From the NCBI GenBank assembly GCA_963705915.1, contig OY970126.1:623893-687892 (forward strand): 64,000 bases of DNA, given 5' to 3'. This DNA is from an uncultured bacterium. Lineage in GTDB: Bacteria; Patescibacteriota; Minisyncoccia; UBA6257; 2-01-FULL-56-20. Position 1 is the stretch's first letter. The number at the start of each line of letters is the position of its first letter. The notes under the pieces were generated by a model. The model had not been told where the DNA came from. It searched no databases and saw only the letters and a program-made list of their open reading frames with translations. The translations under genes were made by a program, and so were the position numbers. This document shows positions 1-9,352 of the stretch, piece after piece.

Positions 1-114
1 ATTTGCGCATGTTTTTCACTTGATTTCCCCTTCATTATATACTATTATCCACAGCAGATAAACAGCTTTTGCATTATATACTTAAAACAGAGAGGGGTTG
101 AAGGAGACCCTTTT

Positions 115-243
115 ATGATACGTAGCCCGAGCAGCAAACCACATCCCCTGAAACGACGTTGCGCACTTCCGCGCCGCATACCCCGTTGCCATCGATTCAC
201 CTGTCCAACACGGACCAAAGCCAACCGCAACTCCGTCGACTGA
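115..243 (+). CDS. possible small basic Cys/Arg-rich ORF (42 aa, MIRSPSSKPH...)
   Basis: AAGGAG at 101-106 precedes ATG at 115; followed by hairpins and a terminator; no recognisable family. Confidence 0.3.
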   Translation: MIRSPSSKPHPLKRRCALPRRIPRCHRFTCPTRTKANRNSVD

Positions 244-343
244 CACGAAATGGAGGTGGTTCCCTCACTAGTAGAGGGAGTTGGGCTCGATACGGGAAGG
301 TCAGCCTCCTTCCAAGGGCACCTATCTAAGTGCCGATCAAATC

Positions 344-369
344 AGCCCCGTCGTAAAAGGCGGGGCTTT
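344..369 (+). terminator. intrinsic terminator-like hairpin
   Basis: AGCCCCGTC-GTAAAA-GGCGGGGCT followed by T residues. Confidence 0.6.
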
Positions 370-390
370 ATATCCTTATCATTGGCATAC

Positions 391-462
391 GCGCGCTTAG
401 CTCAGTGGTAGAGCAACTCCTTTACACGGAGTGGGTCGGGGGTTCAATTCCCTCAGCGCGCA
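391..462 (+). tRNA. tRNA-Val(UAC)
   Basis: Cloverleaf: GCGCGCT/AGCGCGC acceptor stem, ACTCC-TTTACAC-GGAGT anticodon arm, TTCAATT T-loop. Confidence 0.96.
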
Positions 463-469
463 CAGTCAC

Positions 470-955
470 TTATGGTCTTGCGATAGCATCTGCCAATTTT
501 ACTTTGAGGTTCGTCTGCCCGACGGGAACAAATGCATTCCTATTTTTGACAAAACTTTTGAACTGATAGCTTCCATCCGCGGTGAACGGGAAAGCGTTGA
601 AATTCACGGTAAATCGGTTACGCTCCTGATGGGCTTCGATCTTTACGGCATATTCGATTTCGTTGAGTACTTTTTCTGCAGGATCAAGAAGTTGCATCTT
701 CACGAATGTTTCGATGGCGCCCATATCAGAACGCTCCCACAGCGTGATCAGCTGAAAAGGAAATGCAATGGGGAGAATGGCGCTCTGCGCGGTTTTCTTT
801 TGGTTCTCAACATCGCCCCTCAACAACGTCAGTTCCTCGATAAGGTTATAGAGGCTGAGGTTATTGGTCTGTTGATCAATCGACGAACCGGCGCACAAAA
901 TCGACCAGACATATTTTATTGGAAGGATTTCTATCTTTTTAATTTCTTTCGGCAT
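470..955 (-). CDS. hypothetical beta-rich protein (DUF6941-like), third gene of the TA operon
   Basis: WSILCAGSSIDQQTNNLSLYNLIEEL N-terminal motif; ATG at 955 lies 4 nt after the antitoxin stop. Confidence 0.65.
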   Translation of the reverse strand: MPKEIKKIEILPIKYVWSILCAGSSIDQQTNNLSLYNLIEELTLLRGDVENQKKTAQSAILPIAFPFQLITLWERSDMGAIETFVKMQLLDPAEKVLNEIEYAVKIEAHQERNRFTVNFNAFPFTADGSYQFKSFVKNRNAFVPVGQTNLKVKLADAIARP

Positions 956-959
956 AAAT

Positions 960-1421
960 TTATTGTGATTTTGTCCTGTCAGAAAAATTTGGCCCCAAAT
1001 ACTCTTGTACCGTGACCTTCTTTTCATTATTGGAGGACAGCGTGTTCATTGTGGTAGCGTCGTAGCCCTGCATAACCCCTCCGATCATATTTGCCATAAC
1101 CTGAATAAAAGCCGTCGACTCATCGAAAAAGACCGATGTCGTACCAATCCGCACCGTAAGGCCGAGGCACCGCGCAATCCGCTGTATCAAATCAAAGCCG
1201 ATGTTAACATCACCGCTTTCGATATTAGAAATTATTCTTTGCGTGGTCTCAGCTTCTTTTGCGAGCCGCACCTGTGTCCACCCCTTTGCAGTTCTCGCAC
1301 GATTTACCTCGAAGGCAAACTTAATCCGGGCATCCGCGGCATCCCGCATTTTCTTATACTCGGGATGTGCCCTCGTATGTTCCAAGCTTTTATTGTTCTT
1401 TTGTTTCTTCATAAGGTTCAT
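960..1421 (-). CDS. XRE/HTH antitoxin (HigA-like) with C-terminal extension
   Basis: RTAKGWTQVRLAKEAETTQRIISNIESG Cro/C1-type HTH; overlaps the toxin stop. Confidence 0.85.
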   Translation of the reverse strand: MNLMKKQKNNKSLEHTRAHPEYKKMRDAADARIKFAFEVNRARTAKGWTQVRLAKEAETTQRIISNIESGDVNIGFDLIQRIARCLGLTVRIGTTSVFFDESTAFIQVMANMIGGVMQGYDATTMNTLSSNNEKKVTVQEYLGPNFSDRTKSQ

Positions 1422-1839
1422 AGCGATCTGGATTTTTTATGAAATCATCGTAATACACTTTTGCTATCCGATGTATAGATTCTATATCATTATCGACTTT
1501 TTTCTTTTTGCCCTTCTCATAACGACGCGGCTTATCGTAGCCATGCAACAAGACCAATCGCTCGCGATGATGGGCGAAATAAAGTAGCCGTACAAGCTCC
1601 TTCCCTTCTTTGATGCGCAACTCCTGAAAATCATAACCAATGAGATGGGCAGAAAGTTCGCCTCCTGCTATCCCATTATTCCCCGCAGCCAAACTAAGCA
1701 CGGCTTCGACCGTTGCCAGCCGTTTCGCTTTACCATTTTTACTCTTTTGGGTATCAGTCGAATCTGAGCCATAACGCGATGTCAGATACTCCTTGGCGGG
1801 CGCGATTCCAGCCGATGTCACATAATAGACGATCTCCAT
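1390..1839 (-). CDS. RelE/HigB (Gp49-like) toxin
   Basis: EIVYYVT...PAKEYL, FQELRIK...RLLYFA...LVLLHGYDK motifs; toxin-first order ahead of an HTH gene. Confidence 0.8.
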   Translation of the reverse strand: MEIVYYVTSAGIAPAKEYLTSRYGSDSTDTQKSKNGKAKRLATVEAVLSLAAGNNGIAGGELSAHLIGYDFQELRIKEGKELVRLLYFAHHRERLVLLHGYDKPRRYEKGKKKKVDNDIESIHRIAKVYYDDFIKNPDRYEPYEETKEQ

Positions 1840-1870
1840 GCTTGGTCATTGTTGCAATAACTATATTGGA

Positions 1871-1898
1871 ATTATACCCTATAGGGTATACGCGTCAA
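1871..1898 (-). promoter_or_regulatory. sigma70 promoter of the TA operon with an 18-bp palindromic operator
   Basis: Minus strand TTGACG-16-TATAAT; perfect palindrome TATACCCTATAGGGTATA at 1873-1890 covers the spacer and part of the -10. Confidence 0.8.
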
Positions 1899-2026
1899 GG
1901 GTCGCTTTTGTTTCGAAAATCGGCCTTTTTGCCCTATTTTTTCACGATCCCAAGCTTGACCGCATGCATACGTGTTTGCCTTCGTAGATCAATTTCTTGC
2001 TGCCAATTTTGAATTTCATATTCGTT

Positions 2027-2878
2027 TCACTTCGCGGAATTTATTTTATAAAAATTCTCGAAAAGTTCTGCGACGAGGACAGGTCCTGTGCCGCCGGGGG
2101 TTTTTGTATAATGAATATTTTTCTCTTCGGCGCCCGAGGGGTCAAAATCACCGGAAATGGCATTACCACCTTCCGCGCTCACGGCGTGATTAAAACCAAA
2201 ATCGATCACGAGTGCCCCATCTTTCAGGTCTTTCGCGCTGAACAAATTTGATTGTCCCGCACCGCTCACCACAATGTCCGCATCACCGAGCTTGGCATGG
2301 AGATTCTTCACTGTTGCATCAAGAACGACGAGTTCCGAAACTTTGTTTTGCAACCAGAAACCGACCGGCTTGCCGATGAGAAACCCGGCGCCCACCATGA
2401 CAACTTTGAGATCGCGGAGGTTTTTGACCTGCAACGCTCCGTCGCCTTTCACCGCACGCAAGATTTCTTCCACGGTTGCAACGGAAGGAGGCACGATGGT
2501 TCCACGCTCGGTGTAGAATGCGCCGAGGGCGGCCTCACTCAAACAATCGACATCTTTTTCCTTGGGGATGGCGTTCAGAACATAATGCCGATTGATCTTT
2601 TCGGGCAACGGCAACTGCACAATAAATCCTCCGCAATTTTTCGGCTGAGCTAAACGACCGATCTCGCCTCGCAACTCGTCGGTTGCTATCGATTCAGGCA
2701 ATCGATAGAGACGAAACTCAATGCCGAGATCTTTTGCGATACGCTCTTTCTGTTTCAAAAAATTTACCGACGCCGGATTGTCGCCAACAAGAACGGCACC
2801 GAAAAACTTTTCGGGGCGTGGGAGCGACTTTAATCGCTCCGTGATTTTTTGTGCAATATCTTTCCCGTCGATAATCAT
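2027..2878 (-). CDS. folD: methylenetetrahydrofolate dehydrogenase/cyclohydrolase
   Basis: MIIDGKDIA start, VQLPLP, KDVD, TPGGTGP motifs. Confidence 0.92.
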   Translation of the reverse strand: MIIDGKDIAQKITERLKSLPRPEKFFGAVLVGDNPASVNFLKQKERIAKDLGIEFRLYRLPESIATDELRGEIGRLAQPKNCGGFIVQLPLPEKINRHYVLNAIPKEKDVDCLSEAALGAFYTERGTIVPPSVATVEEILRAVKGDGALQVKNLRDLKVVMVGAGFLIGKPVGFWLQNKVSELVVLDATVKNLHAKLGDADIVVSGAGQSNLFSAKDLKDGALVIDFGFNHAVSAEGGNAISGDFDPSGAEEKNIHYTKTPGGTGPVLVAELFENFYKINSAK

Positions 2879-2882
2879 TTCA

Positions 2883-3539
2883 TCATTTTTTAATCTTTTT
2901 GGGTGCGCCAATCTTCTTGGGCGTGGTCTTGGGCGCTATCGGCTCGTTGCTAAGGCTCGCCCAGAGATACCGGCTCGCGAGACTACGATACGGCTTCCAC
3001 GCCTCTGCAATCTTCATCGCTTGCCGCTCCGTTGGATGACCCTTCAGTTTATAGAGCTTTTTGATGGCATTCCGCAAGCCCAAGTCGCCGTAGGAAAAAA
3101 CGTCTTCGCGCCCGAGCGAGAAAATGAGGAACATTTCCGCCGTCCACGGCCCAATCCCCTTCACGGCAACGAGATGGTCCATCACCTCCTGATCCGACCA
3201 TTGATCGATCTTCTTTAAGTCAACGGTCTTATCCAGAACCTTTTTTGCCAAATCTTTTACGAAACTCACTTTCATATTCGACAGTCCAACGGCGCGAATT
3301 TTGCGTGCAGGCATTTTCAGGATATCTTTCGGCGTCGGAAATTTTTTCCGAGGCACAAGCGACGAAAAGCGTTTGAAGATTGTGTCAGCGGCCTTCACGG
3401 AAAGCTGCTGACTCGTAATCGCTTCCACGAGCGCCTCAAAATGCTTTCCACGCAAAGAAAGTTCGCGAAGCTTAATCCCCTCGATGAGTGGCTTCAAGAC
3501 CGGGTCGTTCTTCTTGAGATGAGTGAGCTGTTTGTTCAT
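2883..3539 (-). CDS. DNA-3-methyladenine glycosylase (AlkA/HhH-GPD family)
   Basis: SQQLSVKAA, VKGIGPWTAEMFLIFSLGREDV, WKPYRSLASRYLW. Confidence 0.92.
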   Translation of the reverse strand: MNKQLTHLKKNDPVLKPLIEGIKLRELSLRGKHFEALVEAITSQQLSVKAADTIFKRFSSLVPRKKFPTPKDILKMPARKIRAVGLSNMKVSFVKDLAKKVLDKTVDLKKIDQWSDQEVMDHLVAVKGIGPWTAEMFLIFSLGREDVFSYGDLGLRNAIKKLYKLKGHPTERQAMKIAEAWKPYRSLASRYLWASLSNEPIAPKTTPKKIGAPKKIKK

Positions 3540-4786
3540 TCGATCCCTGGCACCGGAAATTGCAGCGAAAACTTTTTTACTTTTTCTTTCATCTTCCCCA
3601 GCACAGCCGCGTCTTCCCGATGCGCGAGCGTTTCGTCGATGAGATCCGCGACCGTCTGCATGTCGCTCTCTTTGCACCCACGCGTGGTGAGGGCGGGCGT
3701 ACCCAAGCGGATACCCGAAGGATCAAGCGGTTTTCGCGGGTCGAACGGTATCATGTTTTTATTGATCGAAATGCCAACATGCTCAAGCGCCTTTTCAGCT
3801 TCTTTACCGGTGATAGCCTTGCTGCCGAAGAGATCGACGAGCATGAGATGATTATCCGTGCCACCCGAAATAATGCGATACCCTTTTGATTGCAACGCAC
3901 CGGCAAGCGCGCGGGCATTTGTGATAACTTGCCTTGCATACTCCTCAAACTCCGGTTTCAACGCCTCGCCGTAGGCAATCGCTTTTGCGGCGTTGATGTG
4001 GTCATGCGGACCGCCTTGCACGCCGGGAAATACCGACTTATCAATCGCGGCGGCAAATTTTTCTTTGCACATGATCATCGCGCCGCGCGGGCCGCGCAGC
4101 GTCTTATGCGTTGTGGCGGAAACGACGTCGCAATAGGGCACCGGATTTTCCAACTGCTTGCCGGCGATGAGCCCGGCGATGTGCGCAACATCAGCGAACA
4201 AGAACGCGCCGGATTTATCGGCAATCGCACGGAAGCGCTCCCAATCAAGCGAACGCGAATATGCCGAGAACCCCGCAAGAATCATTTTCGGTTTCTCACG
4301 CATCGCAATTTCCTCTACTTCATCCATGTCGATGAGTTCAGTCTCGCGATTCACAAAGTACGGAATGATTTTATAAAGCTTGCCAGAAAAATTGAGCGGG
4401 TGGCCGTGCGAAAGATGGCCGCCCTGGTCAAGTGAAAATCCGAGCACGGCATCGCCAGGATTCAGAAGCGCCATATAGACCGCGAGATTTGCCGGCGATC
4501 CGGAGAGCGGCTGCACATTCACGTGTTCGGCGCCGAAAAGTTCCGTTGCGCGTTCGATGGCAAGCGTTTCCGCCTGGTCGATAATTTCGTTGCCGCCATA
4601 ATAACGTTTGTTCGGATAGCCTTCGCTGTATTTATTGGTAAGCACTGAACCCATTGCCTCAAGTACGGCGCGGGAAACATAGTTCTCACTCGCGATAAGT
4701 TCAATGCCTTCTTTTTGGCGCTGCTCTTCGCGTTTGATGATTTCGTAGACAGCCCTATCCTCTTTTTCGATCGTCGGGTATTTCAT
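3536..4786 (-). CDS. glyA: serine hydroxymethyltransferase
   Basis: LIASEN, NKYSEGYP, TTHKTLRGPRG, GIRLGTPA; true start MKYPTIEK. Confidence 0.97.
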   Translation of the reverse strand: MKYPTIEKEDRAVYEIIKREEQRQKEGIELIASENYVSRAVLEAMGSVLTNKYSEGYPNKRYYGGNEIIDQAETLAIERATELFGAEHVNVQPLSGSPANLAVYMALLNPGDAVLGFSLDQGGHLSHGHPLNFSGKLYKIIPYFVNRETELIDMDEVEEIAMREKPKMILAGFSAYSRSLDWERFRAIADKSGAFLFADVAHIAGLIAGKQLENPVPYCDVVSATTHKTLRGPRGAMIMCKEKFAAAIDKSVFPGVQGGPHDHINAAKAIAYGEALKPEFEEYARQVITNARALAGALQSKGYRIISGGTDNHLMLVDLFGSKAITGKEAEKALEHVGISINKNMIPFDPRKPLDPSGIRLGTPALTTRGCKESDMQTVADLIDETLAHREDAAVLGKMKEKVKKFSLQFPVPGIE

Positions 4787-4864
4787 GGGATACGATAATA
4801 ATATAGAGTGCGAAATGATTGCACAACTACCCTCATGCGCTCTACAATAATGGACGATACCGCC

Positions 4865-5995
4865 ATGCATGACTCTGGGTCGAAAAAAGTCATTGCGGAC
4901 CTTCTTGCCGCCGCCGACATCACAATCAATGGCAGCCGGCCGTGGGATATTAAGGTCCTGAATGAAGATTTCTATGATCGCGTATTTCGCTACGGGACGC
5001 TTGGCGTTGGCGAAGCCTACATGGACGGCTGGTGGGAATGCGAAAAACCCGACGAATTCTTCTTCCGGGCCTTCCGGGGTTCGCTCGAAGAAAAAGTGAA
5101 AAACTGGCGGACCGCCATCCACGTCTTGAAAGCGACCGTTTTTAATTATCAGAAAAAATCTCGCGCGGCCGAAGTCGCCGAACGGCATTACAACCTGAGC
5201 AACGAGCTCTATGAATATATGCTCGGTAAAATGATGGCCTACACGTGCGCGTACTGGCCGCACGCAAAAAATCTCGACGAAGCACAAAACGCCAAGCTTG
5301 ACCTTATCTGTAAAAAAATCGGCCTCAAGCCGGGCATGAAAATCTTGGACCTCGGCTGCGGATTCGGAAGCTTTATGAAATTTGCGGTCGAGCACTACAA
5401 CGTGAGCGCCGTAGGCGTGAACCTCTCCAAAGAACAAGTACGGTTTGGTCGGGAATGGTGCAAGGGCTTACCGATTGAATTCCAACTCATCGATTATCGT
5501 GAAGCAAAGGGGATGTTCGACCGCGTGATCTCAATCGGACTCACTGAGCATGTCGGCTATAAAAATTATCGAAGTCTTTTCGAGGTTGCAAATCGAGCGC
5601 TCGTCGACGACGGGTTATTCTTGCTTCACACGATCGGTAGCAATGAATCGCACGCGGCAACCGACCCGTGGATTACAAAATATATCTTTCCGAACGGCAT
5701 GCTGCCTTCGATACAACAACTTTCAGGTGCCATGGAAAAATCTTTCATCATCGAAGACCTGCACAATTTTGGCGCCGACTATGATAAGACCCTCATGGCG
5801 TGGTTTGAGAACTTTAAAAAGCACTGGCCTGAACTGCAAAAAAACGATCCGACGAATTATGACGAGCGATTTTATCGAATGTGGACGTACTATCTCCTCG
5901 CCTGCGCCGGCATGTTCCGGGCCCGCCGCGGCCAGCTCTGGCAATTCGTCTTGTCGAAAAAAGGCGTGCTCGGCGGATATACGTCCGTCCGATAA
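4865..5995 (+). CDS. cfa: cyclopropane-fatty-acyl-phospholipid synthase family methyltransferase
   Basis: GEAYMDGWW, HYNLSN, LDLGCGFG SAM motif, KYIFPNG, RMWTYYL. Confidence 0.93.
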   Translation: MHDSGSKKVIADLLAAADITINGSRPWDIKVLNEDFYDRVFRYGTLGVGEAYMDGWWECEKPDEFFFRAFRGSLEEKVKNWRTAIHVLKATVFNYQKKSRAAEVAERHYNLSNELYEYMLGKMMAYTCAYWPHAKNLDEAQNAKLDLICKKIGLKPGMKILDLGCGFGSFMKFAVEHYNVSAVGVNLSKEQVRFGREWCKGLPIEFQLIDYREAKGMFDRVISIGLTEHVGYKNYRSLFEVANRALVDDGLFLLHTIGSNESHAATDPWITKYIFPNGMLPSIQQLSGAMEKSFIIEDLHNFGADYDKTLMAWFENFKKHWPELQKNDPTNYDERFYRMWTYYLLACAGMFRARRGQLWQFVLSKKGVLGGYTSVR

Positions 5996-6025
5996 ATGCG
6001 ATACCATTGCGACTGCGCATAACCT

Positions 6026-7384
6026 ATGCCAAACACTGACTACCCCGCCTACGAGGAACGCAAGGCCCGTCTGAGCGATCAGATGCAAAAGATCCAGCAT
6101 GTTCGTTTGGACAAAGCGACGTCAAATCTTTTTCGAAGTCGAGAAAGGATATCAGGTGCGAAAATAGCACAAAACAAACTAAGCGTTCGGGATTTTAACC
6201 ATGTGCTCTCTGTAAATATCGAAGAGCGCTGGGCCGACATTGAAGGTATGACGACGTATGAAGACTTCGTGGACGAGACGTTGAAACATGGCTTGATGCC
6301 TGCCGTTGTCCCGCAGCTCAAAACGATTACCATCGGTGGCGCGGTGAGCGGCGTGGGCATCGAATCGACATCATTCCGCTACGGGCTTGTCCATGAAACG
6401 GTGATCGAAATGGAAATATTGCTCGCGTCCGGAGAAATAATGTTGTGCAACAAAGATAAAAACGCGGATTTATTTTACGGATTTCCAAACTCCTATGGCA
6501 CGTTCGGCTATGTTCTCCGGCTCAGGGTAAAATTATTGCCCGTGCAACGGTTCGTCAAACTCGAACACAAAAAATTCACTGATCGAATTTTGTATCTCCA
6601 AGATCTTGAGCGCGCGTGCACTTCAAACGCTCCGCGCGTTGATTTTGTTGACGGCACGATCTTCGCCTCGGATGAAATGTACATCACAACGGGAACATTC
6701 ACAAACGATGCGCCCTACACAAGCGACTACACTTATATGAACGTGTATTACCAATCGATCCGCAAGAGAAACGAAGACTATCTCCCCGTCCGCGATTATC
6801 TCTGGCGCTGGGACACCGACTGGTTCTGGTGCTCAAAGGCTATCCACGCACAAAATCCGATCATCCGAAGACTCCTCGGCAAAAAGCGCCTCAACTCCAA
6901 TTTTTATACGAAGGCTATGCGCATGAATGACCGGCTTGGCATAACAACCAAGTTCTCGGCGCTTTTTGGAGGGCGACGCGAATGGATTATCCAAGACGTT
7001 GATATCCCCATCGAAAACGCACCGGCATTTGCCGAATTCTTTTTCCAGAACATCGGCATACGACCGATCTGGATCTGTCCGATCGGATCGTACGATAAAA
7101 CCATCAAATTTCCGCTCTATCCCCTTGACCCCAAAAAACTCTATGTGAATTTTGGCTTCTGGGATTCCGTCCTGACCGATAAAGAACCGGGTCATTACAA
7201 CCGCCTCGTCGAAGCGAAAGTTTCGGAGCTTCATGGCAGAAAAGGATTATATTCCGATTCATTCTATACACCCGAGGAATTCTGGCGTGTTTACGATAAG
7301 GCAGCCTACGACGTATTAAAAGAGCGGTATGACCCGGAACACAAACTAAAAAACCTCTTTGAAAAGAGCATCCAGAAAAAATAG
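6026..7384 (+). CDS. FAD-binding oxidoreductase, DHCR24/BfaA(TmsA)-like
   Basis: VVPQLKTITIGGAVSGVGIESTSFRYGL, PNSYGTFGY, DYLWRWDTDWFWCS, LYSDSFY. Confidence 0.85.
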   Translation: MPNTDYPAYEERKARLSDQMQKIQHVRLDKATSNLFRSRERISGAKIAQNKLSVRDFNHVLSVNIEERWADIEGMTTYEDFVDETLKHGLMPAVVPQLKTITIGGAVSGVGIESTSFRYGLVHETVIEMEILLASGEIMLCNKDKNADLFYGFPNSYGTFGYVLRLRVKLLPVQRFVKLEHKKFTDRILYLQDLERACTSNAPRVDFVDGTIFASDEMYITTGTFTNDAPYTSDYTYMNVYYQSIRKRNEDYLPVRDYLWRWDTDWFWCSKAIHAQNPIIRRLLGKKRLNSNFYTKAMRMNDRLGITTKFSALFGGRREWIIQDVDIPIENAPAFAEFFFQNIGIRPIWICPIGSYDKTIKFPLYPLDPKKLYVNFGFWDSVLTDKEPGHYNRLVEAKVSELHGRKGLYSDSFYTPEEFWRVYDKAAYDVLKERYDPEHKLKNLFEKSIQKK

Positions 7385-7432
7385 GCGCTGAAACTAATGT
7401 GGGTCGCTTAGCCTACGACTTGCGAAATTGTA

Positions 7433-8233
7433 TTACGATTCAGTGAGTTCAGTGTTATGATCGCTAGCGAATTGAGCAAAACGCAGAAGACGCGCAATAG
7501 CCTCATAAGCTTCAAACTCTGAGATTTCAGAAGCTGTTCCGTGTGAGGCATTATCGCGCCAATAGTTGAGCAGATCGGTTAAGTTTCGGAACGTAGCGGC
7601 AAGCGGACTTGTAATTCCTTGAACAATAGTATCTTCCGTACGGCGCCTGCCACTTGCAGAGCGATAGGTTCTCATAACCGCAGCTTCGTCTCCAGTTTTC
7701 TGAATAGCTAGATGTAGTAAAACTGATTCTGCTGCTGCTCCGCACATGACGCAACATGCAAGATAAGCTGTAGAAGAATAGCATTTCACAGCTTCTTGTG
7801 CCCTTTGAAAAAATCCCTCACCAAATCTCGCTCGAAAGCGCCCGAATAGCTCAGCAACACGAGCAGGTTCCACGGGTACGAATACGTTATGTTCCGTATC
7901 AGCTAACCAAGCACGTCCGATAGTGGTTATTGAGTAACCATCTCCACCAGAACCTCCATCTGTAATTTGCTCACCTTGCCGCCTGACACTAGGCCGAAGT
8001 ATCCCGCGCCTACAAAGTTCCCATGCGGCCTCATAAAATACTGACGAGAGGGGCGCAATCCTTACTTCAATATCGTGAGGGTTTTGGATCGGTACATTCT
8101 CCACCTCCTGCGCATAGGCACGACAAACTCTGGGAATATAGACATCGTAGCCATATTCAGCGGCAGCTTGTGGGGTTGCTGGGCGGCGAAGAAAGGAGAT
8201 TAGAAATTGGATAGCATCATCTACTCGTGGCAT
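7433..8233 (-). CDS. HEPN/DUF4145-like protein with N-terminal winged-helix-like region, possible defence protein
   Basis: EAVKCYSSTAYLACCVMCGAAAE helix plus RDNASH (Rx4H) motif. Confidence 0.65.
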   Translation of the reverse strand: MPRVDDAIQFLISFLRRPATPQAAAEYGYDVYIPRVCRAYAQEVENVPIQNPHDIEVRIAPLSSVFYEAAWELCRRGILRPSVRRQGEQITDGGSGGDGYSITTIGRAWLADTEHNVFVPVEPARVAELFGRFRARFGEGFFQRAQEAVKCYSSTAYLACCVMCGAAAESVLLHLAIQKTGDEAAVMRTYRSASGRRRTEDTIVQGITSPLAATFRNLTDLLNYWRDNASHGTASEISEFEAYEAIARLLRFAQFASDHNTELTES

Positions 8234-8314
8234 ATGCTCTGACTTTATCAGAATTTATAGCGAAAACCAATCTGGGTTCGTTAACGCATTAATGGTTGCT
8301 CGCTTAATTTCGTT

Positions 8315-9352
8315 CTATTGGTCGTTCCCGCTAGATGCTTTAGTGTTGAATATCGGAAAGTTTGCGTATGTGCTTATTTGTTGCGGTAGCTCCTTTGTAG
8401 CTGTTGCATAAATGCTCATCCCTTGAGCTTCGCTCCACGTATAAAATTTGTCTTGATCTATGAGAAAAATCGCTTGAGCATTGTATGCCCGTGAATCGTA
8501 AGAACGCTCATACGTTATATCAAAGACATCAAATGATATCCAACCATTACCCCTTGCGCTTGTATCAAATTGACCTTGAGCAATTTCTCCCTTTTCTAAC
8601 TTAGCTTGTGTTATCCAGTTAAGCCCAATGCCTTGGAAAGGCGACGTCTCCTGACCAGCGACTCCCATCCACTGATTTTGCTGTTTATCGTATATAAAAC
8701 TATCGTGAGCGACCGTAAGATTCTGAATTTCAATGTCGCCAAGATTTTCCACTGCGAAAGTGTATGAAGAGGAAGAATTTTGTCTTAGGAGATAAGTTAC
8801 ATTTGGCGCGATGGGGATATTATTCTCTATAAAACTTTCTATTGGCGGTACCGCTCCGGTAGCGACGTATCCACTAATGATAAAACATACTATGAAAAGA
8901 AAAGCCGCAAAAATATATCGTAACCAAACTTTTCCTCCTGGCTCCGCCTGAAACAAACGGTTGAATAAATTAGCTCGTTTTAATGCCCATGATATAAATG
9001 TGAGCAGTATGAGCGTACCTGTAAGTCCTAGTATGATCGTGAGTCCTTGTTCGCCAAAAATATCGTTGAATTCTAAAAGCCAATAGGCAATAAATCCAAG
9101 CCCGCCTAGGAAAATAACATTTTCGAAAAGTGTTAGCCGCATATCACCTCTCTTATTAGGGAAGGTTTCCCAGACTTCGAGCCACAAAATGCCCACCGCC
9201 GTCAGCGACAAAAAAGATAGGCCGACAGAAAATGGCCTTATATTTAAACTCTGAAAGAATATCGTAAGAGCAACAAAAATTGCTAGAACTTCAAGAAGGT
9301 CGTGATTTTTTTCTATATATGTCCTTATCGTTATCTTCGTCTCTTCGTTCAT
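8315..9352 (-). CDS. hypothetical multi-pass membrane protein with a C-terminal soluble beta domain
   Basis: About five hydrophobic segments in the N-terminal half; 345-aa ORF. Confidence 0.75.
   Translation of the reverse strand: MNEETKITIRTYIEKNHDLLEVLAIFVALTIFFQSLNIRPFSVGLSFLSLTAVGILWLEVWETFPNKRGDMRLTLFENVIFLGGLGFIAYWLLEFNDIFGEQGLTIILGLTGTLILLTFISWALKRANLFNRLFQAEPGGKVWLRYIFAAFLFIVCFIISGYVATGAVPPIESFIENNIPIAPNVTYLLRQNSSSSYTFAVENLGDIEIQNLTVAHDSFIYDKQQNQWMGVAGQETSPFQGIGLNWITQAKLEKGEIAQGQFDTSARGNGWISFDVFDITYERSYDSRAYNAQAIFLIDQDKFYTWSEAQGMSIYATATKELPQQISTYANFPIFNTKASSGNDQ

Noticed and set aside
4787-5437. N-terminal extension of GlyA in the ORF track (633 aa)
   Set aside because: It is an antisense shadow of cfa; GlyA similarity begins at MKYPTIEK (4786).
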